From: Candidatus Caldarchaeum sp.
GTDB taxonomy: Archaea > Thermoproteota > Nitrososphaeria_A > Caldarchaeales > Caldarchaeaceae
NCBI GenBank assembly: GCA_038885755.1
Contig: JAVZZH010000001.1
Coordinates: 519,413 to 583,412, forward strand
DNA: 64,000 nt
Direction of reading: 5' to 3'
Shown: piece after piece, positions 43,944 through 54,197 of the stretch
Numbering within the stretch: the first letter of the stretch is position 1
Layout of the letters: each line of letters begins with the position of its first letter
Program-made: the position numbers and the translations under genes
The notes under the pieces: model-generated
Told to the model about the DNA's origin: nothing
What the model saw: the letters and a program-made list of their open reading frames with translations, nothing else
The model's database searches: none

Positions 43944-45182
43944 CTAGCTCCCCACAACCTCCCCGTAGCCTATGAGCCTCCACCCTGTTCCGACTTTTCT
44001 CGAGATGGCTACCTTGCTGCCTACGTCGGCGGCCACCGGCCTCGTGAGCTGTAGCTCAACTACGTCGTGTCCCCTCTTCGTCACAACGCCGCTTGAAACG
44101 GCTGACATCACGTTCACAACCAGTACCTCCCTCTCAGATATCTGCTTGACGGCTACGTCTCCCTCAACCCCCAGAACTTTCTCGAACAATCGATATTCCA
44201 GAGACAGGCTGCTCCACACAGGCGGCAGAGTTCCGGCCTCACCGGCTATGTTGCCGACGAGCCCGTCCCCCTTACCCAGAGCAGGGTCGAGAGTTGTCTC
44301 GACACCCGTCAAACCACCCGGGTAGGCTTTCTCAACCTTCCTTCCACCGGCCATCAGGCTCACCACGGTCGTGTGAACCGGTTCGTAGACTGTCTTCCCT
44401 TGCTTCGTCTTAGGAATCCCGGGAACAAGCTCGATCTCGTCGCCGACCGAGAGGACGCCGTGAACTATCGAGCCTCCTATCACAGCTCCTTTTACAAGCT
44501 TGGCAGGCGTCCCGGGGACGTTGACGTCGAACGACCTTAGAACAGGCATCCTCACAGGCTTGGTTAGGTCTCGCAAAGGAGTAGGGATGACTTTCTCGAT
44601 GGCGTAAAGCAGGGCCTCTATGCCGACAGAGTGCTGGCCTGAAACAGGTATCACAGGAACATCTTCAAACCCAACCCTCCTTAAGTGGGCGGTTATCTCC
44701 CTGTAGTTCTCAATCGCCCTTTCACGGCTCACCAAGTCAATCTTGTTCTGAGCCACGAGCAGCTGCTTGATGCCCAGTATCTTGGCGGCTTGGAGATGCT
44801 CGCTGTCTTGGGGCTGTGGGAAGCTTTGACGGGCGTCTGCCACGAACACGGCTCCGTCGAACAAAGCCGCGCCCGAAAGCATCGTGACCATGAGGGAATG
44901 GTGTCCGGGGCAGTCTATGAACGACACGACTCTGACAAACTCGTTCTCGACGCCGTGTAGAGGGCATTTTTTCGAGGGATGGTAGTTGTGGGGTTCGGGG
45001 CATCTCGGACACTTGTAGATGGCTGCGTCGGCGTATCCCAGCCTTATCGTTATGCCTCGCTTCAACTCCTCGCTATGCCTTCCGGTCCAGACCCCTGTTA
45101 TGCTCTGGACTACCGTGCTTTTCCCGTTGTCGACATGCCCCAACGTTCCTATGTTGACTTCAGGCTGTTTGGGGAAATCCAT
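43944..45182 (-). CDS. eif2g: Translation initiation factor 2 gamma subunit (aIF2-gamma)
   Basis: GHVDNGKST, DCPGH and NKID G-motifs; zinc knuckle (CPRCPEP...CPLHG). Confidence 0.95.
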   Translation of the reverse strand: MDFPKQPEVNIGTLGHVDNGKSTVVQSITGVWTGRHSEELKRGITIRLGYADAAIYKCPRCPEPHNYHPSKKCPLHGVENEFVRVVSFIDCPGHHSLMVTMLSGAALFDGAVFVADARQSFPQPQDSEHLQAAKILGIKQLLVAQNKIDLVSRERAIENYREITAHLRRVGFEDVPVIPVSGQHSVGIEALLYAIEKVIPTPLRDLTKPVRMPVLRSFDVNVPGTPAKLVKGAVIGGSIVHGVLSVGDEIELVPGIPKTKQGKTVYEPVHTTVVSLMAGGRKVEKAYPGGLTGVETTLDPALGKGDGLVGNIAGEAGTLPPVWSSLSLEYRLFEKVLGVEGDVAVKQISEREVLVVNVMSAVSSGVVTKRGHDVVELQLTRPVAADVGSKVAISRKVGTGWRLIGYGEVVGS

Positions 45183-45208
45183 CCCTGCATTTCCCTTGAA
45201 TTAAGGAC

Positions 45209-45637
45209 CTAATGTGTTTTCTGTAGTTCTTCCGGGCTGAAGAATATGAAGCACTCTTGTTCGAAGGACTCTCTGCTGTCGGAGGCGTGGACGAGGTTGT
45301 CGGTTATTTCGAGGCCGTAGTCGCCTCTTACGGTTCCCGGCTCAGCCTTCACAGGGTCGGTTGCGCCGATGAGCTTCCTGACAACCTGCACAGCCTCACG
45401 ACCCTCCAAGACGAGCAGGACGACGGGGCCGGAGGTGATAGCCTCAATCAGGCCTTCGAAGAAAGGCTTACCCCTGTGGACGTGGTAGAGCCTTTCAGCC
45501 TCAGCCTTCGAAATCCTCCAAAGCTTGAGACCCACGAGCCTCAACCCTTTTCTCTCAAACCTCGAGACGATCTCGCCCACCAGGCCTCTCGACACAGCGC
45601 TTGGCTTCAGTATGACGAAAGTCTGCTCCAAACGCAC
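45209..45637 (-). CDS. ndk: Nucleoside diphosphate kinase
   Basis: TFVILKPSAV..., NLVHASD (active-site His) pattern. Confidence 0.9.
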   Translation of the reverse strand: MRLEQTFVILKPSAVSRGLVGEIVSRFERKGLRLVGLKLWRISKAEAERLYHVHRGKPFFEGLIEAITSGPVVLLVLEGREAVQVVRKLIGATDPVKAEPGTVRGDYGLEITDNLVHASDSRESFEQECFIFFSPEELQKTH

Positions 45638-45641
45638 CGCC

Positions 45642-45818
45642 TCAGCCTGCCTTCCCCGTCCACTTGAGCTTCCGAGGGTCCTTGCCCTGCTTGACGTGGT
45701 AGACTCGGCAGCGTCTCGAACAGAACCATAGAAGAGTTCCGTCGTTTTTCACGTAGAGCATGCCACGGCCGTGGACGAACTCTCTGCTGCAGAAGGAGCA
45801 TCTGTGAACAGTCGGCAT
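45642..45818 (-). CDS. rpl24e: Ribosomal protein L24e (58 aa)
   Basis: Hand-translated: MPTVHRCSFCSREFVHGRGMLYVKNDGTLLWFCSRRCRVYHVKQGKDPRKLKWTGKAG (TRASH-type zinc motif). The ORF-track entry 45607..45801 is a wrong-frame artefact over the same DNA. Confidence 0.85.
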   Translation of the reverse strand: MPTVHRCSFCSREFVHGRGMLYVKNDGTLLWFCSRRCRVYHVKQGKDPRKLKWTGKAG

Positions 45819-45825
45819 CTTCCTA

Positions 45826-46050
45826 TCACTTTATCTTCTCCGCTTCCCTCTCGACGTCCAACAGCATCAGTATGTCTCCTTCACGGACAGGGCCTTTGAC
45901 GTTCCGTGAAATCACTCTGCCTTCGTCCTTGCCTTTGAGAATCCTAACCCTTACCTGCGTCACCTCTCCAGTGACTCCGGTCCTTCCGACCACTTGCTCG
46001 ACCACGGCAGGCACAGGCTCCTCAACCTTCGGCTGAGGCTTCTGGCTCAT
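45826..46050 (-). CDS. rps28e: Ribosomal protein S28e
   Basis: [38 protein letters not shown] motif. Confidence 0.9.
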   Translation of the reverse strand: MSQKPQPKVEEPVPAVVEQVVGRTGVTGEVTQVRVRILKGKDEGRVISRNVKGPVREGDILMLLDVEREAEKIK

Positions 46051-46440
46051 TTAGCTTCCTCCCTTCTTGCCCGTCTTAATCTCCTGAATCTTCTTGGCTA
46101 TTTCATCCAAGTATCCTTTCGCCTCGCCCGGGTCCGTTATCGCAACGGAGCTGGCGGGAACACCCAGCCCCGCCACTTCCCCGAGCTGTGCTTTGGAGCC
46201 GACGAATGTGTAGGATATCTTCTTCTCTTCGCAGAGCGTCGGAAGGAACGCAACTATTTCGGGAGGGTCTACGTCCGTCGCAATCACGACGAACTTAGCC
46301 TGTCCCCTCTCGATGGACTTGATGACCTCGTTGACTCCTTTACGTATCTTCCCGGAAGTCCTGGCCAGCCTCACGGCTTCGAGCGTCGCCTTAACAAGCT
46401 CCTCCGGTGGGTTGAAACTCTGGTAGTACGGATTGGGCAT
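46051..46440 (-). CDS. rpl7ae: Ribosomal protein L7Ae (also a snoRNP/RNase P K-turn binder)
   Basis: [10 protein letters not shown]...[34 protein letters not shown] pattern. Confidence 0.9.
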   Translation of the reverse strand: MPNPYYQSFNPPEELVKATLEAVRLARTSGKIRKGVNEVIKSIERGQAKFVVIATDVDPPEIVAFLPTLCEEKKISYTFVGSKAQLGEVAGLGVPASSVAITDPGEAKGYLDEIAKKIQEIKTGKKGGS

Positions 46441-46554
46441 AAGCCTTCATCTCCCTGTTCTGCGTCTAACCCCATTACTTAAATGTTGTTTGCAAAACCT
46501 ATAAAGACCCGCGAGGCGCATCCCTAAATTTCCGTCAACGAGGTTGTTGTTTGG

Positions 46555-48264
46555 ATGGATGTTAAGAGGGCTGTCTTGAAGTGGGCTCTGAGGAACGCTG
46601 TCGAGCATGGAGGACGTGCTTCCGCATCGGCTGTGCTTGGAAAGGTTTTGGCTGAAGACCCTGCGCTCAAGGCTAGAGTTCATGAAGTCAGGAGAGTCGT
46701 GGAGGCGGTCGTCGAGGAGGTCAACGCCATGACGCTGGATGCGCAGCGGGCCGCTGTTGCAGAGTTCTCGCCGGAGGAGGTGGAGAAGAAGCAGGCGGAG
46801 GCGCGGGCTCTGCCTCCTCTGCCCAACGCCGTTCACGGAAAGGTAGTTACTAGGCTCCCCCCTGAACCCAGCGGCTACATGCATCTGGGCCACGCCTTGG
46901 CTGGCTTGATCAACGAATACTACGCGAGGAGGTATGGTGGGAAGCTGTGGCTGAGGTTTGAGGATACAAACCCGAGGAAGGTCAAGAAAGTTTACTACGA
47001 TAGCTTCAGGAAGGGATACGCGTGGCTGGGAATAGTGTGGGACTTTGAGAAGAATAACTCGGACGACATGGAAGCTTACTATGATTATGGCCGCAGTCTT
47101 GTCGAAAGAGGGTTTCTGTATGCTTGTTTCTGCACGCCGGAGGAGATGCATCGCCAGAGAGTTGGCATGGCTGGATGCGTCCACAGGTCCAATCGTCCGG
47201 AGGATAACCTAGAGGAGTGGAGCAGAGTGCTCGAAGGACGGTATAGGGAGGGTGAGGTTTCGTTCAGGCTTAAGGGGTTGCTGGACAGCCCTAACACGGC
47301 GATGAGAGACCCCGTCTTGTTCAGAATCGTCGACCACCCGCATCCGTTAACTGGCGGCGACTACCGTCTGTGGCCCACCTACGACTTTGCAGCAGCCGTC
47401 CAAGACGCGCTGTGCGGAATAACCCACGTGCTCCGCAGCAGCGAGTTTTCCTTCAGAGACGAGCTTCAAAACCACCTGAGAGGCCTACTAGGGTTGCCCA
47501 ACCCCGTGTACGTGGAGTTTTCAAGGTTCGAGTTCAAGGGAGCGCCAACCTCCAAGAGAGTCATCAGAGACTTGATTGAGAGGAGGCTTGTCGAGGGATG
47601 GGACGACCCCCGGCTGTCCACGATCGATGCGGTACGCAGAAGAGGCCTCGTTCCTCAAGCGATAAGGGAGTTCATGATGACCTATGCTGGAATCAGCCAA
47701 GCTAAGAAAGAGTATGACTGGAGCCTGCTCTACAGCCTGAACCGTAAAATCATCGACCCGCATGCGAGAAGACTCTTCTTCGTCAAGAACCCTGTCAGAC
47801 TCGTGCTCGAGAATTTTCAGGGCGCGAGCGTCGAGGTCCCCTACCATCCCTCCTCCAGCCTAGGGTCGAGAGTTTTGGAGGCCGGCAGAGAATTATACAT
47901 CTCAGGAGACGACGCGGCAGGGCTTTCGGTGGGTGATGTGTTCCGGTGCAAGCTTCTGGCTAACGTGAGGGTTGTCGAGGTTTCTGAGAACCGTGTGGTC
48001 GGCGAAGTGGTTGGAGACAGCCCTCAGCAGAAGAAGATTATCCAGTGGGTTCCTGAGGACGGTGTGGAGGTTGCTGTGTTCGTCCACGGTGTGCTTCTGA
48101 ACGAGGACGGCTCGGTGAACCCCGAAAGCGTCAAAAGAGTCGACGGGCTGGGCGAGAAAGCTGTAGACAGCGTGAAGGTCGATGAAGTTGTTCAGTTCGA
48201 GAGGTTTGGGTTCTGCAGGCGGGACAAGGCTGACAAACCTGTTTTCATCTACTGCCACGACTAA
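46555..48264 (+). CDS. gltX: Glutamyl-tRNA synthetase (archaeal/eukaryotic-type GlxRS)
   Basis: Class I HIGH (PSGYMHLGHA) and KMSKS-like (TSKRV) motifs; ~570 aa. Confidence 0.9.
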   Translation: MDVKRAVLKWALRNAVEHGGRASASAVLGKVLAEDPALKARVHEVRRVVEAVVEEVNAMTLDAQRAAVAEFSPEEVEKKQAEARALPPLPNAVHGKVVTRLPPEPSGYMHLGHALAGLINEYYARRYGGKLWLRFEDTNPRKVKKVYYDSFRKGYAWLGIVWDFEKNNSDDMEAYYDYGRSLVERGFLYACFCTPEEMHRQRVGMAGCVHRSNRPEDNLEEWSRVLEGRYREGEVSFRLKGLLDSPNTAMRDPVLFRIVDHPHPLTGGDYRLWPTYDFAAAVQDALCGITHVLRSSEFSFRDELQNHLRGLLGLPNPVYVEFSRFEFKGAPTSKRVIRDLIERRLVEGWDDPRLSTIDAVRRRGLVPQAIREFMMTYAGISQAKKEYDWSLLYSLNRKIIDPHARRLFFVKNPVRLVLENFQGASVEVPYHPSSSLGSRVLEAGRELYISGDDAAGLSVGDVFRCKLLANVRVVEVSENRVVGEVVGDSPQQKKIIQWVPEDGVEVAVFVHGVLLNEDGSVNPESVKRVDGLGEKAVDSVKVDEVVQFERFGFCRRDKADKPVFIYCHD

Positions 48265-49315
48265 CCCGCTGACTCACCCACAGCTGGAGCGGGCCCATCA
48301 ACACCTTCGGCGCGTTGGGCAACTCTCCCACCGACCCGCAGCCCGTCAGAAACATGGCTGTCTTTAACTCGGTGGAAAGCTGCCGGAGTTTTTTAACAAC
48401 CTCGTCCGCAGACAGGGTCGCCGGCTTCAGCATCGGCCTGGCGAACCCAGCCATAGAAGCCCCGAGCGCCAACGCCTTCGCCGCGTCGAGCCCGGTCCTC
48501 AAACCTCCTGAAGCTATCACAGGCTTGGTGGTGGAGCTCACAGCCTCTATCACCGAGGCGGCTGTAGGTATACCCCATTCGAGGAAGACTTCAGCCAACG
48601 CCCTCTTGTCCTCGGCGCTGGACTCCTCAGCCCTCAGCATCTCTATCAACGTCCAGTTGGTGCCGCCTGACCCGGCTGCGTCGAAAGCGTCGACCCCAGC
48701 CTCGTCGCCCTTCATCACGACCTCCTTCGACAACCCGCATCCAATCTCCTTGAGGATCACGGGGACGGATAGCTCTCGCTTGAGCAGCGATATCTTTTTG
48801 AAGAGGTCTTTGAACTTCGCTCCACCGTCCGGCTGCACCAGCTCCTGCAGCGGGTTTAGATGCACGGCTAGGGCGTCGGCGTCTATCATCTTGACGGCTT
48901 GGAAAGCCACCTCCACACCCCTCTCAACCAGCTGAACCGCGCCTATGTTGCCTATCAAGAAAGCGTCCCGTCCCCTATCCCTTGCAACCCTGAACGTATA
49001 AGCCGTCTCAGGCTTCATTACGCCGGCCCTCTGACTGCCGACGCCCATAGGAACGCCGAAAACGGACGCCGCCTCGCCGAGGTTGCCGTTTATCTTCTCA
49101 GCCTCAGCCGTGCCACCGGTCATCGACTCTATTATGAATGGATGGCTGAATCTTCTGCCTAGGAAGTGTGTCTCTGTAGAGACATCTTCAGGGTCGAGCT
49201 CGGGAGATGCTTGATGGACAAGCTCGACGTACTCTAGCCATGTGGTCTTCTTGAACGAGACGTCTCTCTCAAGGCTTATCTTTATGTGGTCGCTCTTCCG
49301 GCTCTCTATGCTCAT
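48245..49315 (-). CDS. fni: Isopentenyl-diphosphate delta-isomerase type 2 (FMN-dependent)
   Basis: TIM-barrel IDI-2 pattern with Gly-rich FMN-binding loops (ASGGLRTG). Confidence 0.8.
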   Translation of the reverse strand: MSIESRKSDHIKISLERDVSFKKTTWLEYVELVHQASPELDPEDVSTETHFLGRRFSHPFIIESMTGGTAEAEKINGNLGEAASVFGVPMGVGSQRAGVMKPETAYTFRVARDRGRDAFLIGNIGAVQLVERGVEVAFQAVKMIDADALAVHLNPLQELVQPDGGAKFKDLFKKISLLKRELSVPVILKEIGCGLSKEVVMKGDEAGVDAFDAAGSGGTNWTLIEMLRAEESSAEDKRALAEVFLEWGIPTAASVIEAVSSTTKPVIASGGLRTGLDAAKALALGASMAGFARPMLKPATLSADEVVKKLRQLSTELKTAMFLTGCGSVGELPNAPKVLMGPLQLWVSQRVSRGSR

Positions 49316-49318
49316 CTC

Positions 49319-50125
49319 TCACTCAACCAAGGCCGTTCCCACAACATCCTCACCCTTGACAGCCGCCTCTATCCTCCCCTCAACCAGTCCGTTGACTATG
49401 AAGACCTTGACGCCGGCCTTCACAGCCTCGAAAGCCGCCTCAACCTTGTTGAACATGCCTCCAGTCACGTCATCCCCCTCCACTCCGCCGTAGAAAATAG
49501 ATGCATGACGCCTGTAGTCCATCTTTGTTATCAACACTTTCTCACCCGTGTTCCTGTCAACTTCGTAGACGCCGTCCACGTCTGTGGCGAAGACTATGCG
49601 GCTGGCTTTCAGGGCTTTCGCCAAGTAGACCGCTATGTCGTCTCCCGAGAGGATCGTGAACCTTGTCTCCCTGTCGAAGACTGCGTCTCCGCACGTGACG
49701 GGTATGATGCCGAGGTCGAGCGCTGAGAAGATAAGGTCCAGATGAGCTGTCTCGATGACGTTTTTTCGTGTTATGAAAAGCATCGAAGCCGGTATGCCGA
49801 CGGCGCCAACGCCTGTCTGAATGAAGGCTTCAGCGACGAGGTGGTTGAGGGCCTTGACCGACTGAATCGTCTTGACAAACCCCTCGAGCTGGTTCTGCTC
49901 TTTGTAGCCCCGGTCCAGCTTGTATTTCTTCGCAATAGGATGGCCGTAGGAGCCGGCCCCGTGAACGACAGCCAGAGGCGTTGGCCAGCAACGAGCTACC
50001 TCCCGGCTGATCCTGTTCATCACGTCTTTCCTAAAGCTGCTCTCATGCTTTTTATCGGTTATGACCGAGCCTCCGATCTTAAGAACAACCAGCCCTTTCA
50101 ATCCTCGTCTCTTACTCCCGGGCAT
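49319..50125 (-). CDS. ipk: Isopentenyl phosphate kinase
   Basis: Amino-acid-kinase fold (VVLKIGGSVITDK, VVHGAGSYGH). Confidence 0.8.
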   Translation of the reverse strand: MPGSKRRGLKGLVVLKIGGSVITDKKHESSFRKDVMNRISREVARCWPTPLAVVHGAGSYGHPIAKKYKLDRGYKEQNQLEGFVKTIQSVKALNHLVAEAFIQTGVGAVGIPASMLFITRKNVIETAHLDLIFSALDLGIIPVTCGDAVFDRETRFTILSGDDIAVYLAKALKASRIVFATDVDGVYEVDRNTGEKVLITKMDYRRHASIFYGGVEGDDVTGGMFNKVEAAFEAVKAGVKVFIVNGLVEGRIEAAVKGEDVVGTALVE

Positions 50126-51066
50126 GAGGTTTTGACAACCCAGGCCCTCGGATAGGATGACAGAAGGCTGAGGACAGCTGCTTCCGTATTGCTTCCTCCG
50201 ACAGCGACGACGCTGCCTCCCCCACCGGCTCCCGTAAGCTTTGCGCCGTAAACACCTGTCTTAAACAAGTCCTCGACGCACCTCTCTACGACTTCGTTCG
50301 ACAACCCCAGCGTCCTGAGAAGAAAATGGTTTATCGTCATAAGCCTGCCCAATAACTCGAGGTTGTTCGATTTAAGCGCTTCAACACTCCGCACAAAAAC
50401 CTCCCTGTAAAGGCTTGAAAGCTCGCCGAACTCCCGGGGATTCCCCCTAGCCAGCCTAACCACCTCGTCGACCATGTCGGAGGTCTTCCTCTTCAACCCT
50501 GTGAAGACCACGAGCAAATCGGGACTTGGGCTCAGCTGGAGTGGCTGGAATTTTCCAGGACCGTTGTACAGCAAAGTTCCGCCGTATGCAGCCGCATGGG
50601 GGTCTATGCCGGAAGGTCTTCCGTGGTATTCCTTCTCAGCGACCATGGCGTATTCGACCAACTCATGCGTAGCGAGGTTGAGTTCAAACAGGTTGGACAG
50701 AGCTTTGGCGAGGGCGGTCGAGACCGCGGCCGAAGAGCCCAGACCGGCTCCTCCCGGAATATCAGAGTGTATCTCCGCCCTGAAACAGCCGCTGACTCCA
50801 TGGTCCTCCATCATCTTGGAGGCCATCATGTACAGAGGCGTGAAGGAAGATGTTTTTGGGGGGTTTGGGTGGATGGGCTCTCCTTTCCGACTCCACGACG
50901 ACCATGACTGGCGGGACCTGATGGTGGTCGTGTCGTCTTCACGGATGACCTCCACCTTGGCACGGAGGTTGATGGCGGTTACGACCGCCGGATGGCCTGA
51001 CACGACGAAATGCTCGCCGAAGAGTATGACCTTGCCGGGCGCCGAGGCCGCTGCCCTCTGCTTCAT
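50098..51066 (-). CDS. mvk: Mevalonate kinase (GHMP family)
   Basis: APGKVILFGEH and PGGAGLGSSAA GHMP motifs. Confidence 0.8.
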   Translation of the reverse strand: MKQRAAASAPGKVILFGEHFVVSGHPAVVTAINLRAKVEVIREDDTTTIRSRQSWSSWSRKGEPIHPNPPKTSSFTPLYMMASKMMEDHGVSGCFRAEIHSDIPGGAGLGSSAAVSTALAKALSNLFELNLATHELVEYAMVAEKEYHGRPSGIDPHAAAYGGTLLYNGPGKFQPLQLSPSPDLLVVFTGLKRKTSDMVDEVVRLARGNPREFGELSSLYREVFVRSVEALKSNNLELLGRLMTINHFLLRTLGLSNEVVERCVEDLFKTGVYGAKLTGAGGGGSVVAVGGSNTEAAVLSLLSSYPRAWVVKTSCPGVRDED

Positions 51067-51917
51067 CCCCGGCCCAGCTCGATTAAGCAGGACGCATATC
51101 CCACGACAGAGTCGTAGTCGCCGCCGGCGTCGCCGCTGGTGGCTTGCTTCAACACCCTCGCCTCGACTCCTCCAAGCATCTTAGCCGCCGTCAACAAGGC
51201 GGCAACAGCTCCGTAGCCGCACATAGTTATGTCGTGTTTCTCAATCACCCTGTACATACCCTCGACGTCGAGGCCCTTTATCTTATCGAGAGCTTTCCCG
51301 TCCTTCTCCAACACCCTTTCATGCGGCTCGTAGTGGGTGAAGTCCGTCGAAGCCACGATGAGCACGTTCCTGTCTCTAACAGCCTCGTAAACAGCACGCC
51401 CCACTTCGACGCATGTCTCGAGGCTCTGGTCGTTTATGCAAACAGGTACGAACTTGAAACTTCCGCAGACATACTGGAGAAACGGAACCTGTACCTCGAT
51501 AGAGTGCTCCCGGGAATGGGACTCTTCGTCGAGGTAGAACAACTCTGACAAACTGGCCAGACGCTGGGCTAGTTCTTCATCTATCTCCACATCACCCAGC
51601 GGCGTCGTCCACACACCTCCCGGGTAGATTGAGACGACTGTTCCTATCCCGTAGTGGTTGGGGCCGAGGATGATGACAGACTCGGGTTTGCTGTATTGTT
51701 TTATTGCGAGGAAGCCGTGAGCTGCGACGGGCCCTGAGTACATGTAGCCTGCATGGGGTGAGATGATGGCGGGAGCCCTCCCCACACCCCATCCCTCATC
51801 CGGCAAGGCCCTCGGCCCTAGAGGAGAGAGGAAGCATCCCTCGATCTGCTTCAAAAGGTCTTCCCTTCTCCGGGCGTAGAAGGATCCTGCGACAGCTGGC
51901 TTGCGGCGGAGCAACAC
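51063..51917 (-). CDS. MEMO1-family protein (AmmeMemoRadiSam system protein B-like)
   Basis: AGSFY...ISPHAGYMYSG...HS(x)EHS(I)EVQ pattern typical of MEMO1. Overlaps the mvk start by 4 nt. Confidence 0.7.
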   Translation of the reverse strand: MLLRRKPAVAGSFYARRREDLLKQIEGCFLSPLGPRALPDEGWGVGRAPAIISPHAGYMYSGPVAAHGFLAIKQYSKPESVIILGPNHYGIGTVVSIYPGGVWTTPLGDVEIDEELAQRLASLSELFYLDEESHSREHSIEVQVPFLQYVCGSFKFVPVCINDQSLETCVEVGRAVYEAVRDRNVLIVASTDFTHYEPHERVLEKDGKALDKIKGLDVEGMYRVIEKHDITMCGYGAVAALLTAAKMLGGVEARVLKQATSGDAGGDYDSVVGYASCLIELGRG

Positions 51918-51920
51918 GCC

Positions 51921-53291
51921 TCACCGAGGAGTACGCATTCTCCTCAAGTACCTGCCCCTGCCCGGCTTCGAAACCAACCGACCATCCTCAACTATCATCT
52001 CGCCTCTGGAGAAGGTTGCTTCAACTCTGCAGCCTACCTCGACATCCTCGTATATCGAGTGGTCTATTCTGCTGTGGAGGTTTTCCCTCGTGAGCTTGGT
52101 TTTCTTGCTCGGGTTTAGGATGTAGAAGTCGGCGTCGCTCCCAACCATGACAACTCCTTTGCGGGGATAAAGGCCGTAGAGCTTGGCAGGGTTGATGGCC
52201 GTGGTCTCAACCATCCTGTCTATCCCTATTCTTCCCTTCGAAACGCCCTCTGAAAACAAAATCATGGCTATCACCTCTGTTCCAGCAACTCCTCCCGGAA
52301 CGTCCACGAACCGGGTGTGTCTAAGTTTTTCATTGGAGTTGTAGCAGGCGTGGTCGCTTCCGACTGTCGAGATATAGCCCTTGGCCAGCGCTTCCCACAG
52401 CCCCTGACGGTCCTCCTCCCTCTTCAGGGGCGGCGACATGATGAACTTAGCGCCGTCCTTTCTCCTGTAAGCCTCTTCGGTGAACATCAGGTAGTGAGGA
52501 CAGGTCTCGGCGTGAATCCTCACGCCGGCTTTACGGGCCTCAGCTATCTTCATCACGCCCAGCTTGGACGAGACATGAACAACTAGAGACTCGCATCCAG
52601 AGACCTGAGACATCAAGGCAATTCTTTCAACAGCCTCGGCTTCGACGTAATCGGGCCTGCTCAGAGAGTGGTAGATCGGCTCGACCTTGCCCTCGGACAG
52701 AAACTCCTCAGCCAGATAGTTTATGATATGCTCGTTCTCGCAGTGCGACAGGACGAGCATGTTTTTTGCAGAGCAGAACCGCATCAGGCGAAGTATCGCG
52801 CCGTCGTCAAGCATCAGCCCTCTCCTGCTGTAGGCTGTGAATATCTTGACGCTGCATACTCCTTCAGCGAGTAGTTGCTCGAGTTCTTTCAGCCTCTCGG
52901 CCCCCGAGTCCACTACGATCATGTGGAGTCCGAAGTCAAGGTGGCTGCCTTTTTCAGCCTCGGCTTTTCTTTTGCTGAACTCCTCGACGTAGTTGCTGGT
53001 CTCGGGGGTTGCGAAGTCTATGATAGTCGTGACGCCTCCGCAGGCAGCTGCAGCCGTTCCCGATTCAAAGTCGTCGGCTGTGAATGTGTTTGCACCATAC
53101 TTGAGGTTGAAGTGGACGTGTCCGTCGATGACTCCCGGCAGCAGCAGACCGCCCTTAGCATCGTAAACCTGCTCAGCTTTTTCATCCAAGTTCTTGGCTA
53201 TCTTCACGACGACGCCGTCTTCAACCCCTACACATGCATCATAAATTCCAGTCAAGTCGACAAGCTTGCAATTCCTAACCACGAGGTCCAT
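51921..53291 (-). CDS. Cyclic amidohydrolase (dihydropyrimidinase/D-hydantoinase/dihydroorotase-like)
   Basis: Metal-ligand motifs (PGVIDGHVHF, ...HAE..., ...SDHA...). Confidence 0.7.
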   Translation of the reverse strand: MDLVVRNCKLVDLTGIYDACVGVEDGVVVKIAKNLDEKAEQVYDAKGGLLLPGVIDGHVHFNLKYGANTFTADDFESGTAAAACGGVTTIIDFATPETSNYVEEFSKRKAEAEKGSHLDFGLHMIVVDSGAERLKELEQLLAEGVCSVKIFTAYSRRGLMLDDGAILRLMRFCSAKNMLVLSHCENEHIINYLAEEFLSEGKVEPIYHSLSRPDYVEAEAVERIALMSQVSGCESLVVHVSSKLGVMKIAEARKAGVRIHAETCPHYLMFTEEAYRRKDGAKFIMSPPLKREEDRQGLWEALAKGYISTVGSDHACYNSNEKLRHTRFVDVPGGVAGTEVIAMILFSEGVSKGRIGIDRMVETTAINPAKLYGLYPRKGVVMVGSDADFYILNPSKKTKLTRENLHSRIDHSIYEDVEVGCRVEATFSRGEMIVEDGRLVSKPGRGRYLRRMRTPR

Positions 53292-53336
53292 CGCTCAAAA
53301 AACATAATAAAGCGGTAATATAATGGTGTTGCAGGC

Positions 53337-54197
53337 TTGAAAGCCGCGCCGTCTTTCGAGGTTTTAACTCCCGCCTCTCTGGAGGAGGCGCTCAGCATTT
53401 TGTCGGAGGACGGTGATGCGTTGCCCTACGCCGGGGGAACTGACTTGATGCCCATGATGAGGCGTGGAAAGCTGGCGCCGAAGAAGGTTGTAGACCTTTC
53501 CGGACTCAGGCAGCTTTCCTACGTGAAAGCCGAGGGGAAGGTCTTCAGAGTAGGCGGGCTGACTCCGATACAGGACTTCGCCGTATCACCGGTCATACCC
53601 GACCGCTACCAGTCCGTGAAGTCTTTAACCGTTTACTTCGGCTCCGAGGCCACTAGACACATGGCTACCGTCGGCGGGAACCTGGCTTCCGGAGGAGAGA
53701 GGGATGTCCCGCTCATCCTCACCGCCTTGGACGGTGAAGTGAGGGTTGCTTCAGCGCGTGGAGAGAGGGTTGCAGGGCCGTCGGAGCTCCAGCTCAGGAG
53801 AGATGAACTCATCGTCGAGGCTAGGTTCGACGACTGGGGAGACAAAGCTTTCTCATGGTTTGCGAAGTTTGAGAAGAGAGCCTCCAACGGCATAGGCGTC
53901 GTGACGGCTGGGATAGCCGTGAGCGTCGAGGATGGCTTTGTGGAGAGGCTGCGCATAGTTTTGAACAGGGTTGAAGGCCGCAGGATGGGCAGGGTTCACG
54001 GGTTGGAGGAGGAGTTGACGGGCTGCAGGCTGTCGGAGACGAGGGTTAGGGAGGCGGTTGAACGCCATGTATCGCGGATAAAGCCGTCGTCGGACTTTAG
54101 AGCTTCTTCAGAGTTCAGGAAGCATGTTTCGAAGGTTTTGGTCAGGCGTGGGCTTGAATACTGCTGGAGGGTTTTAACAGGAAGTGGATGGGCGTGA
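53337..54197 (+). CDS. Molybdo-hydroxylase FAD-binding medium subunit (CoxM/XdhB-like)
   Basis: FAD-binding PCMH pattern (AGGTDLMP). Confidence 0.75.
   Translation: MKAAPSFEVLTPASLEEALSILSEDGDALPYAGGTDLMPMMRRGKLAPKKVVDLSGLRQLSYVKAEGKVFRVGGLTPIQDFAVSPVIPDRYQSVKSLTVYFGSEATRHMATVGGNLASGGERDVPLILTALDGEVRVASARGERVAGPSELQLRRDELIVEARFDDWGDKAFSWFAKFEKRASNGIGVVTAGIAVSVEDGFVERLRIVLNRVEGRRMGRVHGLEEELTGCRLSETRVREAVERHVSRIKPSSDFRASSEFRKHVSKVLVRRGLEYCWRVLTGSGWA

Noticed and set aside
45607-45801. 64-aa ORF (MLLLQQRVRPRPWHA...) between ndk and rps28e
   Set aside because: A different frame over the same DNA encodes a clean L24e (TRASH zinc motif) in the position expected from the conserved L7Ae-S28e-L24e-Ndk order.
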